Of a stretch of 64,000 nucleotides of DNA, positions 18,413-34,000 are shown piece by piece; within the stretch, counting starts at the first letter, position 1; the number at the start of each line of letters is the position of its first letter. Below the pieces are notes generated by a model. It did not search any database. It worked only from the letters and a program-made list of their open reading frames with translations, and had not been told where the DNA came from. This DNA is from the human T2T-CHM13v2.0 reference genome, Homo sapiens: the NCBI RefSeq assembly GCF_009914755.1, contig NC_060945.1. The stretch is one strand, 5' to 3'. Position numbers and translations under genes: made by a program.

Positions 18413-18721
18413 TAATTATGGTTATTAAGTTATTGTAGACCACAGAAATAACCAAATTTCCTTGTCAATTGTCTTTATCTATAACTATTTAAAGTCATTT
18501 CCACAGTTAATTGCTTAATGGTGATGCAGTTTCTAAAAACTTCACAAGCATGCAAAATTCTAGAATATGGTGTCTCTTAGAAGATTCATGAAAGAATGAA
18601 AAGGATCCTGAAAAACTCTCGTGAACACAGATTTTTAATAACTTTAATATCATGGGTAAAAATTCCCCATAAGTTCCCCGATACCCCAAGAATTGGACAG
18701 GTTAAGAATTCTCAAAAGTTA

Positions 18722-19021
<300 letters not shown>

Positions 19022-20322
19022 TTAATAAATAGACCAACTGGTTTATAAAACTGCTAACCTAAGTAAAACAAAAATTGTATACCAAGGAAATATTTTGCCA
19101 CATTTGCATGCTAAATCACCAATATTGAAATTGTTTAGGTATATAATTTAAATAAACTCCATGGTCTAAGTCAAATCACCTATAACTACTCATCAGTTAC
19201 CAGTGCCATGCACGTAATTTGGAGAAACAGCTGGTATTCAAGAGGATGTAAGTCTAATGTTAATTAAGCCTAGACTTATGAAGAACCAGGATGGCCACCT
19301 TATCCTTCTTAAGTCCTTAAACTTTTGTTATTAAAAGTTCTGCATTCCATAACTCATCATGGAAAGAGAAAATGATCCAAATTAAATATATTGGTGTGGT
19401 GATTTCTAAACTGCTAAAATAGTTTATAACCAATGTTTGGTTTGTCAAACCTATATTTCTAGGAAAACAATCAAAACTTCAGGTACATTTGGTTACCTGA
19501 TGGGCCATTTAAACATTTTATAAAGGGATTTGATTCAGTTGTCATTTTCAGTGCATGTTTTCTGATTGTATAAAAGCTCTTCCATGCGAGAGAGTTGATG
19601 TTAAAACAGTAGATTATTACCCTGAAGTGTATTTTCACCAGGTCAAGAAAGCCTTTTATGGTTCACTGAGGACAGTCAACCCCTTCAAAATCTGGAATCT
19701 GATGACTGGATCTTCTGAGAACATCAGAGAAGGACTGCCCTTGCCATCCACATGACAGCAAAACTTTAAAACCTTAAACTTTGGGTTCATAGTCTCACAA
19801 CTCAGAAGGGTCCTACCACACTTGGAACCATATACCCATTGGAACCCTTAAGGTAAAGCTAACAAGCACAGTTCCCCCCAGAAGAAGATGGCATCCTTAA
19901 TGTGAAAAGCTTTTCCCAAGATCACAGATCAAGACTTCTCTACTATCATGAGACACTTATCTTAAGTATCTGTGCAGCTGCTAACACTTACAGCATGTGG
20001 AGAAAACATGGGGTATTATAAAAATTTGGTTGTAGGGAATTAACAAAAAAAAACACTTAGTTAAGGAAGTAAACTCTTTATCTAATTCATTCTTTAATCT
20101 ATTTGGTTTTAGGTGGTTTGATTTATGGGGACCCTGAGTTAGGAGCATATACCAAATTCTTGGTGTTATCCCAACAGTCATAAGAGTCTCCCTGGTGCAC
20201 TGTACTTACTCAAATGTTTTAAGTGTTTGCATGCAGGCATCTCTAAAATATCAAATGGTATCTCTTCAACTGGAATGACAAGAGATTAAAAAAAAAGTGC
20301 AACCATAAGGACACCGTAACCT

Positions 20323-21480
20323 ATGAGTGACATGCTAAACCGGAAACCCAAAACAATGAGGGTGACATGCTAAACCAGAAACCCAAAACAATGGGAGTGA
20401 TGTAGTAAAACTGGAACCCAAAACAATGGGAGTGACTTGCTAAAACTGGAACCCAAAACAATGGGAGTGACCTGCGAAACCAGAAACCCAAAACAATGGG
20501 AGTGACGTGCAAAACCAGAAACCCAAAACAATGAGAGTGATATACTAAAACTGGAACCCAAAACAATGGGAGTGATGTGCTAAAACCGGAAATGAAAACA
20601 ATGGGAGTGATGTGCTAAAACCGGAACCCAAAACAATGGGAGTGACATGCTAAACCAGAAACCCAAAACTATGGGAGCATCCTGCTAACCCAGAAACCGA
20701 AAACAATGGGAGTGACCTGCTAAACCAGAAACCCAAAACAATGGGAGTGACGTGCTAAAACTGGAACCCAAAACAATGGGAGTGACGTGCTAAAACTGGA
20801 ACCCAAAACAATGGGAGTGACGTGCTAAAACTGGAACCCAAAACAATGGGAGCATCCTGCTAAACCAGAAACTGAAAACAATGGGAGTGACCTGCTAAAC
20901 CAGAAACCCAAAACAATGGGAGTGACGTGCTAAAACCAGAAACCCGAAACAATGGGAGTGACGTGCTAAACCAGAACCCAAAACAATGGGAGGGACTTGC
21001 TAAACCAGAACCCAAAACAATGGGAGTGACGTGCTAAAACTGGAACCCAAAACAATGGGAGTGACCTGCGAAACCAGAAACCCAAAACAATGGGAGTGAC
21101 GTGCAAAACCAGAAACCCAAAACAATGAGAGTGATATACTAAAACTGGAACCCAAAACAATGGGAGTGATGTGCTAAAACCGGAAATGAAAACAATGGGA
21201 GTGATGTGCTAAAACCGGAACCCAAAACAATGGGAGTGACCTGCTAAACCAGAAACCCAAAACAATGGGAGCATCCTGCTAAACCAGAAACTGAAAACAA
21301 TGGGAGTGACCTGCTAAACCAGAAACACAAAACAATGGGAGTGATGTGCTAAAACCAGAAACCCGAAACAATGGGAGTGACGTGCTAAAACTGGAACCCA
21401 AAACAATGGGAGTGATGTGCTAAACCAGGAACCCAAAACAATGGGAATGACGTGCTAAACCCGGAACCCAAAACAATGGT
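20323..21480. repeat. 35-bp minisatellite, ~33 copies, inside the ERV internal region
   Basis: Unit GGGAGTGACGTGCTAAAACTGGAACCCAAAACAAT (e.g. starts at 20778 and 20813). Confidence 0.97.
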
Positions 21481-21545
21481 AACTAAGAGTGATGCTAAGG
21501 CCCTACATTTTGGTCACACTCTCAACTAAGTGAGAACTTGACTGA

Positions 21546-21846
<301 letters not shown>

Positions 21847-22660
21847 AAAAGGAGGAATTTTTTAAGCAAAATTATGGGAGGTCAGTGTTTTGAACAAAAC
21901 TCATGCAATAGGTCCCAACAGACCAAACCAAACCAAAATGGAGTCACTCATGCTAAATGTAACATAATCAAACTAAGACTTAAAGGAAACACATAAATCC
22001 TAGAACAAACCAGGTTTTGTTTTTCTCCTGTAAACAGGATGTTCCAGCATAAGAAGATACCTTCTACTCAAGTCCCTGTTCCACCTTTTCAAATCTCACT
22101 GGTCTATTTCCCAGTGGGTTTCTAAACCAAGTAAGTACATTTGCAATGGTAATAGTGACACCAGTGACTGAAGTTTTGGCCAATCTCTCAAAATTGAGAA
22201 AATAACCAAAGGGAAGGCATTGTTAAAGTGAACTAAGTATGGCCTGAGAAGGACTCCATAATTCTATATATGAGTCCTTGTGGATGAACTGTAACCTACC
22301 TTAATAGGTATAGAAGAATGAAAAACTAACTTAAGAGTATGCACCTGGAAAAACAGCTACATCTTGGCCAATCCCAATGGCCAAACTTCAACCAATCAGG
22401 CACTGCCAAATGTTCAAACTGTGTTCAAACAAGGCAAACACTGAGTTGTTTCTGTACCTCACTTCCGATTTCGGTATGCCATTTCCCTTTTGTCTATAAA
22501 TCTTCTTCCACCACATGAATGCGCTGGAGTCTCTGTGAATCTGCTGTGATTCTGGGGACTGTCTGATTCGTGAATAGTTTATTGCTCTATTAAACTCCTT
22601 TAAAGTTTTTCTTTTAACAGAACTAACACAGAAGAATTTCCAGATCATGAACAGATGTTT

Positions 22661-23263
22661 TGTAATACCCAATGTTGTAACATGAATAGACTCTTCCTTA
22701 GATAGCTAACCTTGTTTTTAATATGAATAGATTCTCCCTTAGCTGAGAAAACCAGACAAACTCCATTTGGCTCCTTCATTTACAAGACATCAAGGGCTCC
22801 CTACCCACCCCCTTTCCTCAAGGACTTTAACTTGTGCAAGCTGACTTTCAATATATCAAAGAGTGCAATTAACTGATAAAGTGCTGAGACAAGCGATGTC
22901 CGCAGTTCCCAGCAATTTATTCAGAGATGGTATCATAAAGCCCCACATTTGTCTGGCAGATAATGCCCAGAGCCCCCTCACCTATCACTTTGTGGTGAAT
23001 TTAAAGCCCCTGCACCTGGAACAGTTTGTTTTCCTGTAACCATCTGTCTTTTTAACTTTTTTGTCTGTTATTTTCTTCTGTAAAGTTGCTGCAGCTAGAA
23101 TCCCCCCTCCCCTCTCTAAACCAAAGTATAAAAGAAAATCTAGTCCCTTCTTCGGGGCCGAGAGAATTTCGTGCATTAGCCGTCTCTCAGTCACCAGCTA
23201 ATAAAGGACCCCTGAATTCGTCTCAAAGTGTGGCGTTTATCTCTAACTCACTCGGGTACGACA
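22661..23263 (+). mobile_element. Solo LTR6 (LTR6A/B; HERV-S71/HERV-T group)
   Basis: TGTAATACCCAA...CCTCAAGGACTTTAACTTGTGCAAGCTGAC...CCAAAGTATAAAAGAAAATCTAG...TCGTCTCAAAGTGTGGCG...GGGTACGACA; 4-bp TSD GTTT at 22657-22660 and 23264-23267. Confidence 0.85.
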
Positions 23264-23612
23264 GTTTCAACTATGGTAGAAGACTTGAGTAAGGCAAATA
23301 CAGTCCCCCTAAATTTGACTATTATTTAGGTTAATGGTGAGTTTAGAAGAAATAAGTTAAGACTACACAGAGTGGGCTAAAGTGCAAATAAACACTGGAA
23401 ATATTTCCCAGAAAATATGACTTTGAACAGGCTGCTGCACACCCTGCATGTAGAGATAAACTAAGAAAAATGTCTGGAGAGTTATTTAAGGACCTCTGGT
23501 TAACTCAGTCCTCAAGATGTTCTGGGTTTCATCCATGAATCAAGAAGGACCTCCCAAAAGCTGTTTGGGACCACACTCTTTGAGCAATGAGCACACCTTA
23601 CGATGGAAGCTG

Positions 23613-23692
23613 TGCTTTAGCGGCAGATGACCATTTCCACTGCACAACACACCATGCTTTAGCGGAAGATGACCGTTTCCACTGCACAACAC
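23613..23692. repeat. 42-bp tandem duplication (2 copies)
   Basis: TGCTTTAGCGG(C/A)AGATGACC(A/G)TTTCCACTGCACAACAC at 23613 and 23655. Confidence 0.9.
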
Positions 23693-24085
23693 TACAAGTG
23701 GTTACTGCCAGGCCGGTGTGAAATATGTTCCAGCACATAATCTATGTCACCAATGAAGGTGGTGGTTCGGACTTGGTGCACACAATCTTTCCTGTCCCAC
23801 AAGAACACAGCATACTCTCTTCTCGGGTTCCATTCCAATTACATAACAAATATGACTGCCTTTTTTGTCTCGGCATCAGAAAGATCAGAGGAAAATTTGC
23901 ACCCAACTTAGACAACTCTAAGCTCTTATAACCTGCCTATATCTACATGTCAGCTTTATCTTATTTATGTATATTTCCTTCAACCTGAGTTTTACTTATT
24001 TCTACTTTTCCTTTTTAATTCACAGACACCCATAAACTCAGAAAATACAGTGTAAAACAAAGTGAAGAACAAGTAAGCAACTCAC

Positions 24086-24144
24086 CAGAGATTTATTCGT
24101 TCCCTGTTGCTCTTGGAAACACCCAGAGGACACTGGAAACATAG
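24086..24144 (-). pseudogene. ZNF717-like exon 2 (first coding exon), encodes MFPVSSGCFQEQQGTNKSL; segmental-duplication paralog
   Basis: Acceptor TTGCCTTCTATCCCAG|CT, ATG at 24142-24140, 19 codons, phase-0 donor CTG|GTGAGT. The peptide resembles the recalled ZNF717 N-terminus MFPVFSGCFQELQEKNKSL. Which paralog this is cannot be determined. Confidence 0.8.
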
Positions 24145-24764
24145 CTGGGATAGAAGGCAAATGACTTGGATTAAGGAGAGAACTGGTGTGGTGTGGTCCC
24201 AGATTCTTCTGCCCAACGCTCTAGACACATTACCTGGGAAAGCCCTCCTCCCTCCTGAAAAAGAAAAACTTCCCCAGGGGAGAAGAGTCCTTCACGCCTC
24301 ATTAGGGGCAGCAGAGGCTCAAGTTAAGATACATAGACAAGTACATTAATTGGTAGACATTAGATGCACAATTTATTTTTGAATAAATATATGTATTACC
24401 TACTAATTTAGTAACAATATTATCTAAAGATATAATCTAATAATTTAATACAAAGAAACATTATAAGTTCACTAAAATAAATGTTATAGAAATATACTGG
24501 GCTGTATTAACTATTTTCCTATTAATATGTAGATTCCACAAATAACTTCATATGAGTGTTCCCGTGACAGTACCTCTTGCTTTTCTATACCTGAACATCA
24601 TGGAAAGTGCATCTTGCAAACCAGCAATTTTGGCCTACAATTACGTTTTTTAAAATGTACATAATGCGTATTTCCTACAGTATCCCATTCTACTCATGTT
24701 TCCCAATAACACCTTTCCTTCTATCCAAGCCCTCATATTATGCTCTGACAATAAATTGGGCTTT

Positions 24765-25130
24765 TCCATCTGACTTGTCCAGTGAATGGACAATGGAAAA
24801 TGTGATGCAAATATCCATTGGTTCTTCCCTTTTTGGGAGAAATTGTGAAGAGGTCTGGAGCTACCCTGTTGGAGACACAGGGCCTAGCCAAGAGTCACCA
24901 CAAACCACCAGATAGTGAAGGAAACTATCTTAAACCAACCAGGCTCAGTCAACGCACCAGGTGACTAAGGCCTTTTTGTGATCCAGGCAACACAAATATA
25001 TCAACTACCCAGGTGAATCCACCACACCAAAATGCAGATCCACAGAACTTCAAACAAATAAAATGGTGGTTGTTTTTTATAAGCCAGTAAGGTTTAATTA
25101 GTTCCTTAAACAGCAAGTATTAACTGTTAC
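24765..25130 (+). mobile_element. MLT1-type MaLR LTR fragment
   Basis: 3' end ATCCACAGAAC...AATAAAATGGTGGTTGTTTTTTATAAGCCAGTAAGGTTT...AACTGTTACA is typical of MLT1. Confidence 0.6.
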
Positions 25131-25979
25131 ACCTAAGTGAACAGAATTCACTTCTGTGTTTTCAACAAAATTATGTAGGGGGAGAAAATCTTAAATTACA
25201 AATCAAATACAATCAATAGAACTTCGCAATCTAATGCTAAATTTGGTGATGGACTAGGTTTAATATATTTCAGACGCGAAAAAACGAGCTAAGATTGAAG
25301 GAATGGGACTGTGTTTGGAGAGTATTTTAATCCTCTCAAGTATGACAGGTCACTCCTGAACCCCAGACCACACTTTCAGGCCCCTTCAAATAAGGAATAT
25401 TTCCTAAGTCCTTGCCTGTTTTTCTCAGCTGAATTCACCTCAACCTTCTGAAAGTTCGTCCAAACCTTCTACTATCACCTAGTCTTTGCAAATCTTGTGC
25501 ATTCTAGGGAGTAGAATTAATATTTCCTGAGCAAGGAAAACTGGGATCTTCACCTGTGTCCTTTTTTCCTCCTCTGAAGCACCAGGGAGAGGTTAGACCA
25601 GATGGCTGTTCTTTCAAGTGTGCTTCTTATTCATAGGGAACCCTCCCTTTCAAACTTTGTAACACACAGTTAAGACTGAAGTACCCTTAAGGCTGACGAC
25701 CATCATCTATTACGCCATCTCCCTCGCGGAATCAGTGAGTTCTTCCCTGGAAACTAGGTCTCGTATAAACTTCTGTAAATGCGACCCAGGAGGACTAGGC
25801 AGGTCACACAGTGAAGGAGGGAACCAGAAACTTCACTTGCTAAAGAGACACCAGGAAACCCAACTAATACAAACGTCAAGTTTAAGACTAGAGGCGCACG
25901 CGTTTCACACTACTCCTCTGGGAATGGGGAACGTCTCCCAAGAACTGTGTGTTAGCACTGGGACAGATGGGCAAACTGA

Positions 25980-26470
25980 GCATCATGCGGGTTGGTAACT
26001 GGGTCCCTCAGCAGCAGGACAGGAGCGCGGCCTGCAGACTCCGGGCCCAGGGCCACCGGCCTCTCCTACCCGCTCCTGTGCCTCTAGAACCCGCTTCACT
26101 GCTGGGACCCCACCCCTGTCCTCCCAGCCCCTGCCAGGGTCCGCAGCCCGCACCTGCTCTTCAGGCCCTGCCCTCCCGCGATGCGCCCACGCGTCTGCTC
26201 CCACAACTAGGGAACACTGGTCCGGCCTCCTGGGATCCCCTGAGGCCCACGGGTTCCTCTTGACCCTTGCACCGACCCACAGGGACATAGAACCAAGCCC
26301 CACGCCGGCCCAGCTACAGGACCGCCTCTGGGTGCCACACTTCCGGAGGAAAATGGCGGAGTGGGCCGGGCAGCGCTTGTGCAGAGAGAAAAGCTGGTTC
26401 CCAAGGTCCTTGATGGTAACATCATTGGAAGGTGACACTACAATTCCCATGAGGCTTTGCGGTCCCCCTT
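25980..26470. promoter_or_regulatory. CpG-island-type promoter with ETS/GABP, YY1 and ZNF143/THAP11 motifs
   Basis: ACTTCCGG at 26339-26346, AAAATGGCGG at 26350-26359, ACTACAATTCCCA at 26437-26449; locally high GC and CpG content. Confidence 0.85.
26154..26370 (-). other. Predicted non-coding exon 1 of the ZNF717-like transcript
   Basis: Minus strand CCGCCATTTTCCTCCGGAAGTG...GGCCTGAAGAGCAG|GTGCGG donor at 26153; GC/CpG-rich; the TSS position is approximate. Confidence 0.6.
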
Positions 26471-26683
26471 TAGGAACCCACGCCAGACATTCTGTTTTGC
26501 CCAGCAGTTGAGTCCAGTTACCCAGAGACCCAGACTTAATGTATCAGGACTGGTCCCTACCCAGTTGACACAGATGTGGCATTCTGGTTCTTTATTAAAT
26601 ACTGGTTTCACAGCCTGGGACATTGTGAAAATAATGGAGAAATTTCAATAGAGGCCAATTGGTCTATGCTATGAATGAGTAAC

Positions 26684-26984
26684 TTTTTTTTTTTTTTGAG
26701 ACGGAGTCTCACTCTGTCGCCCAGGCTGGAATGTAATGGTGTGATCTTGGCTCACCGCAACCTCCGCTTCCCGGGTCCAAGTGATTCTCCTGCCTCAGCC
26801 TCCTAAGTACCTGGGATTACAGGCGCGTGCCACCACACTCCACACTCGCCTAATTTTTGTATTTTTAGTAGAGACTGGTTTTCACCATGTTGGTCAGGCT
26901 GGTCTCCAACTCCTGACCTCGTGATCCACCCTCCTCAGCCTCCCAAGGTGCTGGGATTACAAGCGTGAGCCACTGTGCCCAGCC
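26684..26984 (-). mobile_element. AluS-type SINE
   Basis: Poly(T)-GAGACGGAGTCTCACTCTGTCGCCCAGGCTGG...GGGATTACAAGCGTGAGCCACTGTGCCCAGCC. Confidence 0.93.
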
Positions 26985-27535
26985 CTCAAGTCTATTTTTT
27001 ATAGATGCATTCGAAAGCATGAAAAAAATCATGTCTCTATTTTACTTTAAAATTTTAAAAACACAACTAATGAATATGGTAATTCTCTTCCAATCTGTTA
27101 TCTTCTCTCTCACTAAACTAATTTGTGAGCCTTCAATTTACACAGTTAGAAAATATGCTCTAGTGCATATACTAGGATAAAATAACAGGGTCATAAGACA
27201 GGTGCACTCCATAATCTTTGTGACAACTTTCACTTCCAGTGTCTGATAAATATTTGCCTGTAGACTCCCACATTTCATCCATCCATCCATCAATCAAATC
27301 TACCTATCTTTATTTATTTATTGTGAGAAAGACCTGAAATTTGCCTTTCCTTCCCTGATTTCTGCCACAAACTAGGCAAGGAGTTCTGCCTAGGGGTTTC
27401 TCAGAGCTCTGGCTACCACCGAGGTTCCTAACAGGGAAACGCAGGCTTGAATGCTCAGGGTTGATGTGGGAGTGCGTGTGAAACGGGGGTGGGGTGAAAG
27501 GGCAGTGACGTTTGTAGGTGGGCAGATGGGGGTGT

Positions 27536-27950
27536 TGATAGGCTTTCAGGTAAGAGGCACGCAGGAAACTGGGAGAGGCAGCGAAAGCACCTCACACCTC
27601 AGATCACCAGAAGACGCTCCCACCAGTGCCATGACAGTTTGCCAATGCCATGGCATCACGAGAAGTCCCCACCCCTTGCCATGGAAACAGATGGAAGTTA
27701 CTGCCCATTTCTAGCTATTTCTGAATAACCCGCCCCTTAATTAGCATGCCATTAAAAGTGAATTATAAAAGTGACTACAAGCCAACCCTAGGCTGCTGCT
27801 CTGGGAGCACAACCCACAGAGGGCTCCCTGCCCTGCCGGAGTGGATGCAGGGTTGTAACACCGCCAATGCCTCCATAGAGCTGCTTTCTTCCACCACAGG
27901 CTTGCTTTTGGATTTCTTCCTGAGCGACGCCAAGAACCTGCCCTTCCTCA
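27536..27950 (+). mobile_element. Solo ERV1 LTR (LTR27/LTR28/LTR1-like)
   Basis: TG...CA termini with 4-bp TSD GTGT (27532-27535 and 27951-27954); internal AACCCGCCCCTTAATTAGCATG GC box and TATAAAA. The family name is tentative. Confidence 0.7.
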
Positions 27951-28489
27951 GTGTGACTCTTGCCTAAAACCTATCCCTGGTATTCTCTTTTCCTAAGCAT
28001 GCCCTGACTTGTTCTTTCATCTCCTCTGATCTTGCAATTGGTCCTCAGTGACTCTATTCTGCAGATCCAGAAAACTCAACCTTAATCTTCCCAGAGCACT
28101 GTTGTCTCTAATATTGGAATCTATAGCCTTGTTTTCTCAGACGCCTAGATTACAGGCCTCTCTCTTGAACACCTATTGGTATGGTATCTGGGGATCCTTT
28201 AAGTACTTGATGATTGGCAGGGGTTAAATAGCGGAAATCAGTGAATGACAATTCGCCTTCCAGGATATGGACTGTCATTCCCTCTCTTGGTGGGCCTCAG
28301 TCTCTTATCCATAAAAGTAGAGATTGTAATACTCATTTGAATTGCAGATACCTCAACCCAAACCCACCTAATATAATGTAAAAGCCAAGAATGCAACCTC
28401 TTTCCTCACCCCGTGAAGGTAAAGCCCTCAGAGCCAAGGAGAGAAGGCTCAGGGATGGTATCTGGGTGTTTCCAACGCTAACCATGTAT

Positions 28490-28790
28490 TGTACTTTTTT
28501 GTGTTCAAGTTTAAGCTTCCCCAGCTTTAATTCTATTGTAACAAGATTTATTTTTCTAATTCCATTTTTGGATTCTTGATTTATTGGTAAAGAAATACAG
28601 TTATTTTTGTATACCAATCTTACATAGTGTTACATTCTTAAATTTGTTCATGAGTCCTAATACTTTTTAGTAAATTTCTTACGATTTTCTAAATGCAAGA
28701 TCATGTCATCTGTACATAAAGATAACTGTACTTCTTCTTTTCCAATCTAGATGCTGTTTATTTATTTACATTGCCAAATTGTCCCAGCTA
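28490..28790 (-). mobile_element. Old L1 fragment, antisense
   Basis: GATTTTCTAAATGCAAGATCATGTCATCTG...ACTTCTTCTTTTCCAAT is the reverse of the L1 RT ADDMI region. Confidence 0.65.
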
Positions 28791-28903
28791 CCACTGTTAT
28801 CAAGTAAAAGGGTCTCACTGCCCAAAGCACAAGAAGCCAGTACCATGACACTGAGTTTTCGAGAAAAGAAAATGTTTAAAGTCAAACCAAAACCTAGGGT
28901 AGA

Positions 28904-31008
<2,105 letters not shown>

Positions 31009-34000
31009 GAATGGAATGGAACGGAAAGGAATCAACCTGAGTGGAATGGATTGGAATGGAAAGGAATGGAATGGAATTCAATGGAATGGAATTCAATGGA
31101 ATGGAATCAAATGGAAAGGAATGGAATGGAATGGAATGGAATGGAATGGAATGGAATGGAAGGGAATCAACCCGAGAGGAATGGATTGCAATGGAATGGA
31201 GTTATCCTGAGTGGAATGGAATGGAATGGAATCATCCGAGTGGAATGGAATGGAAGGGAATGCAATGGAATGGAATGGAATAGAATTAACACGAGTGACA
31301 TGGAATGGAAAGGAATGGAATAGAATTGAATGGAATGGAATCCACCCGAGTGGAATGGAATGGCATGGAATGCAATGGAATTGAACGGAATATAATGGAA
31401 TTAAATGGAATCATCCCGAGTGGAATGGAATGGTATCTAATGCAATGGAATGGAATGGAGCAGAACGGAATGGAATGGAAAGAATAGATTGAATCCAAGT
31501 GGAATTGAATGGAATGGAATGGATTGGAAAGGAATGGAATGGATTGGAATGGATTGGAATGGAAAGGAATGGATTCAACCCAAGTGGAATGTAATAGATT
31601 GGAATGGAAAGGAATAGAATGGAATGGAATGGAATGGAATCAACACGAATGGAATGGAACGGAATGGAATGGAATGGAATGGAATGGAATGGAATGGTAT
31701 GGAATGAAATGGAAAGGAACGGCATAGAATCAACAAAAGTGGAATGGAATGGAATGGAATGGAAGGGAATCAACACGAGTGGAATGGAATGGAAAGGAAT
31801 GCAATGGAATGGAATGGAATGGAATCAACCCGAGTGGAGTAGAAGGGAATGGAATGGAAACAACCCCAGTGGAATGGAATGGAATGGAATGCAATAGAAT
31901 GGAATGGAATGGAATGGAATGGAATTCAATGGAATCAACCCGAGTGGAAAGGAATGGTTTGGAATGCAATGGAATGGAGTTTAACAGAACGGAATGGAAT
32001 GGAATGGAATTGATTGAATCCGAGTGGAATTGAATGGAAGGGAATGCATTGGAAAGGAATGGAAAGGATTCAACCCGAGTGGAATGTAATGGATTGGAAT
32101 GGAGTGGAATGGAATTGAATGGAATGGAATGGAATGGAATCAACAGAAATGGAATGGAATGGAATGCAATGGAATAGAATGGAACGGAATGGAATGCAAT
32201 GGAAGAGAATGGAATGCAATGAAATGGAATAAACCCGAATGGAATGGAATGGAATGGAATGCAATGGAATGGAATGGAATGCAATGGAATGGAATGGAAT
32301 GCAATGGAATGGAATGGAATGGAATGGAATGGAATGGAATGGAATGGAATGGAATGAATTGTGATAAACCCGAATGGAATGGAATGGAATGGAATGGAAT
32401 GGAATGGAATGGAATGGAAAGGAGTGGAATGAAATAAACACCAGTGGAATGAAACGGAATAAAATGGAATGGAATGGAATGGAATGGAATGGAATGGAAA
32501 GGAATGAAATCTAGTCGAGTAGAATGGAACGGAATGCAATGGAATGGAATGGAAAGGAATGGAATCAACTGAAATGGAATGAAATGGAATGGAACGGAGT
32601 GGAATGGAATGGAAAGCAAAGGAATCAATAAGAGTGAAAAGCTATGGAATGGAACGGAATGGAATGGAATGGAGTGGAATGGAATCAACCCAAGTGGAGT
32701 GAAATAAAATGAAATGGAATTGAATGGAATCAACATGAGTGGAATTGAATGGAATGGAATGGAATGGAATGGTATCAACCAGAGTGGAATGGAATTGAAA
32801 GGAATGGAACGGAATGGAATGCAATGGAATCAACTGGAATGGAATGGAATGGAATGGAATGGAATGGAATGGAATGGAACGGAATCAACCTCAGTCAAAT
32901 AGAATGGAATGGAATTGAATGGAATGGAATGGAATGGAATGGAAACTACTGGAATGGAATGGAAACAACAAGAGTGGAATGGAATGCAAAGGAATGGAAT
33001 GGAATGGAATGGAATGTAAAGGAATGGAATGGAATCAACCTGACTGGAATGGAATGGAATGGAAAGGAATGAATGGAATGGAATGGAATAGAATGGAATT
33101 GTATGAAATGCAATGGTATGGAATTTAATGGAATGGAATGGAACGGAACGGAATGGAATGGAATTGACCCCAATGGAATGGAACGGAATGGAATGGATTG
33201 GAATGGAATGGAACGGAATTAACCCGAGTGGAACGGAATGTTATGGAATGGAGTGGAATGGAATGGAATGGAATGAAATGGAATGGAACAGAATCGAAAC
33301 CAATGGAATCAACTGGAATGGAATGGAATGGAATGGAATGGAATCAATCCGGGTGGAATGGAATGGTATGGAATACAATAGAATGGAATGGAATGGAATG
33401 GAATGGAATTCAATGGAATCAACCCCAGTGGAATAGAATGGTATGGAATGCAATGGAATGGAGTGGAACAGAACGGAATGGAATGTAATGGAATTGATTG
33501 AATCCGAGTGGAATTGAATGGAAGGGAATGCATTGGAAAGGAATGGAAAGGATTCAACCCGAGTGGAATGCAATGGATTGGAATGGAGTGGAATGGAATG
33601 GAATGGAAAGGAATGGAATGGAATGGAATCAACACAAATGGAATGGAATGGAATGGAATAGAATGGAAAGGAATGGAATGCAATGGAATCTAATGGAATG
33701 GAATGAAATGGAATAAACCCGAATGGAATGGAATGGAATGAAATGGAATGGAATGAAGTGGAATAAAGCCGAATGGAATGGAATGGAATGGAATGGAATG
33801 GAATGGAATGGAATGGAATGGAATGGAGTGGAATGGAATAAACACCAGTGGAATGAAATGGAATGGAATGGAATGGAATGGAAAGGAATGGAATGGAATG
33901 GAATAGAAAGGAATGAAATCAACCCGAGTAGAATGGAACAGAATGGAATGGAATGGAATGGAATGGAATGGAATGGAATGGAATGGAAAGGAATGGAATC

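Noticed and set aside
20323-21480. CRISPR-like 35-bp direct repeats
   Set aside because: Units are head-to-tail with no unique spacers, there are no cas genes, and the context is primate. It is a minisatellite.
25983-26450. 155-aa minus-strand ORF over the CpG island
   Set aside because: It starts upstream of the likely TSS, crosses the exon 1 donor, and is expected by chance in GC-rich sequence.
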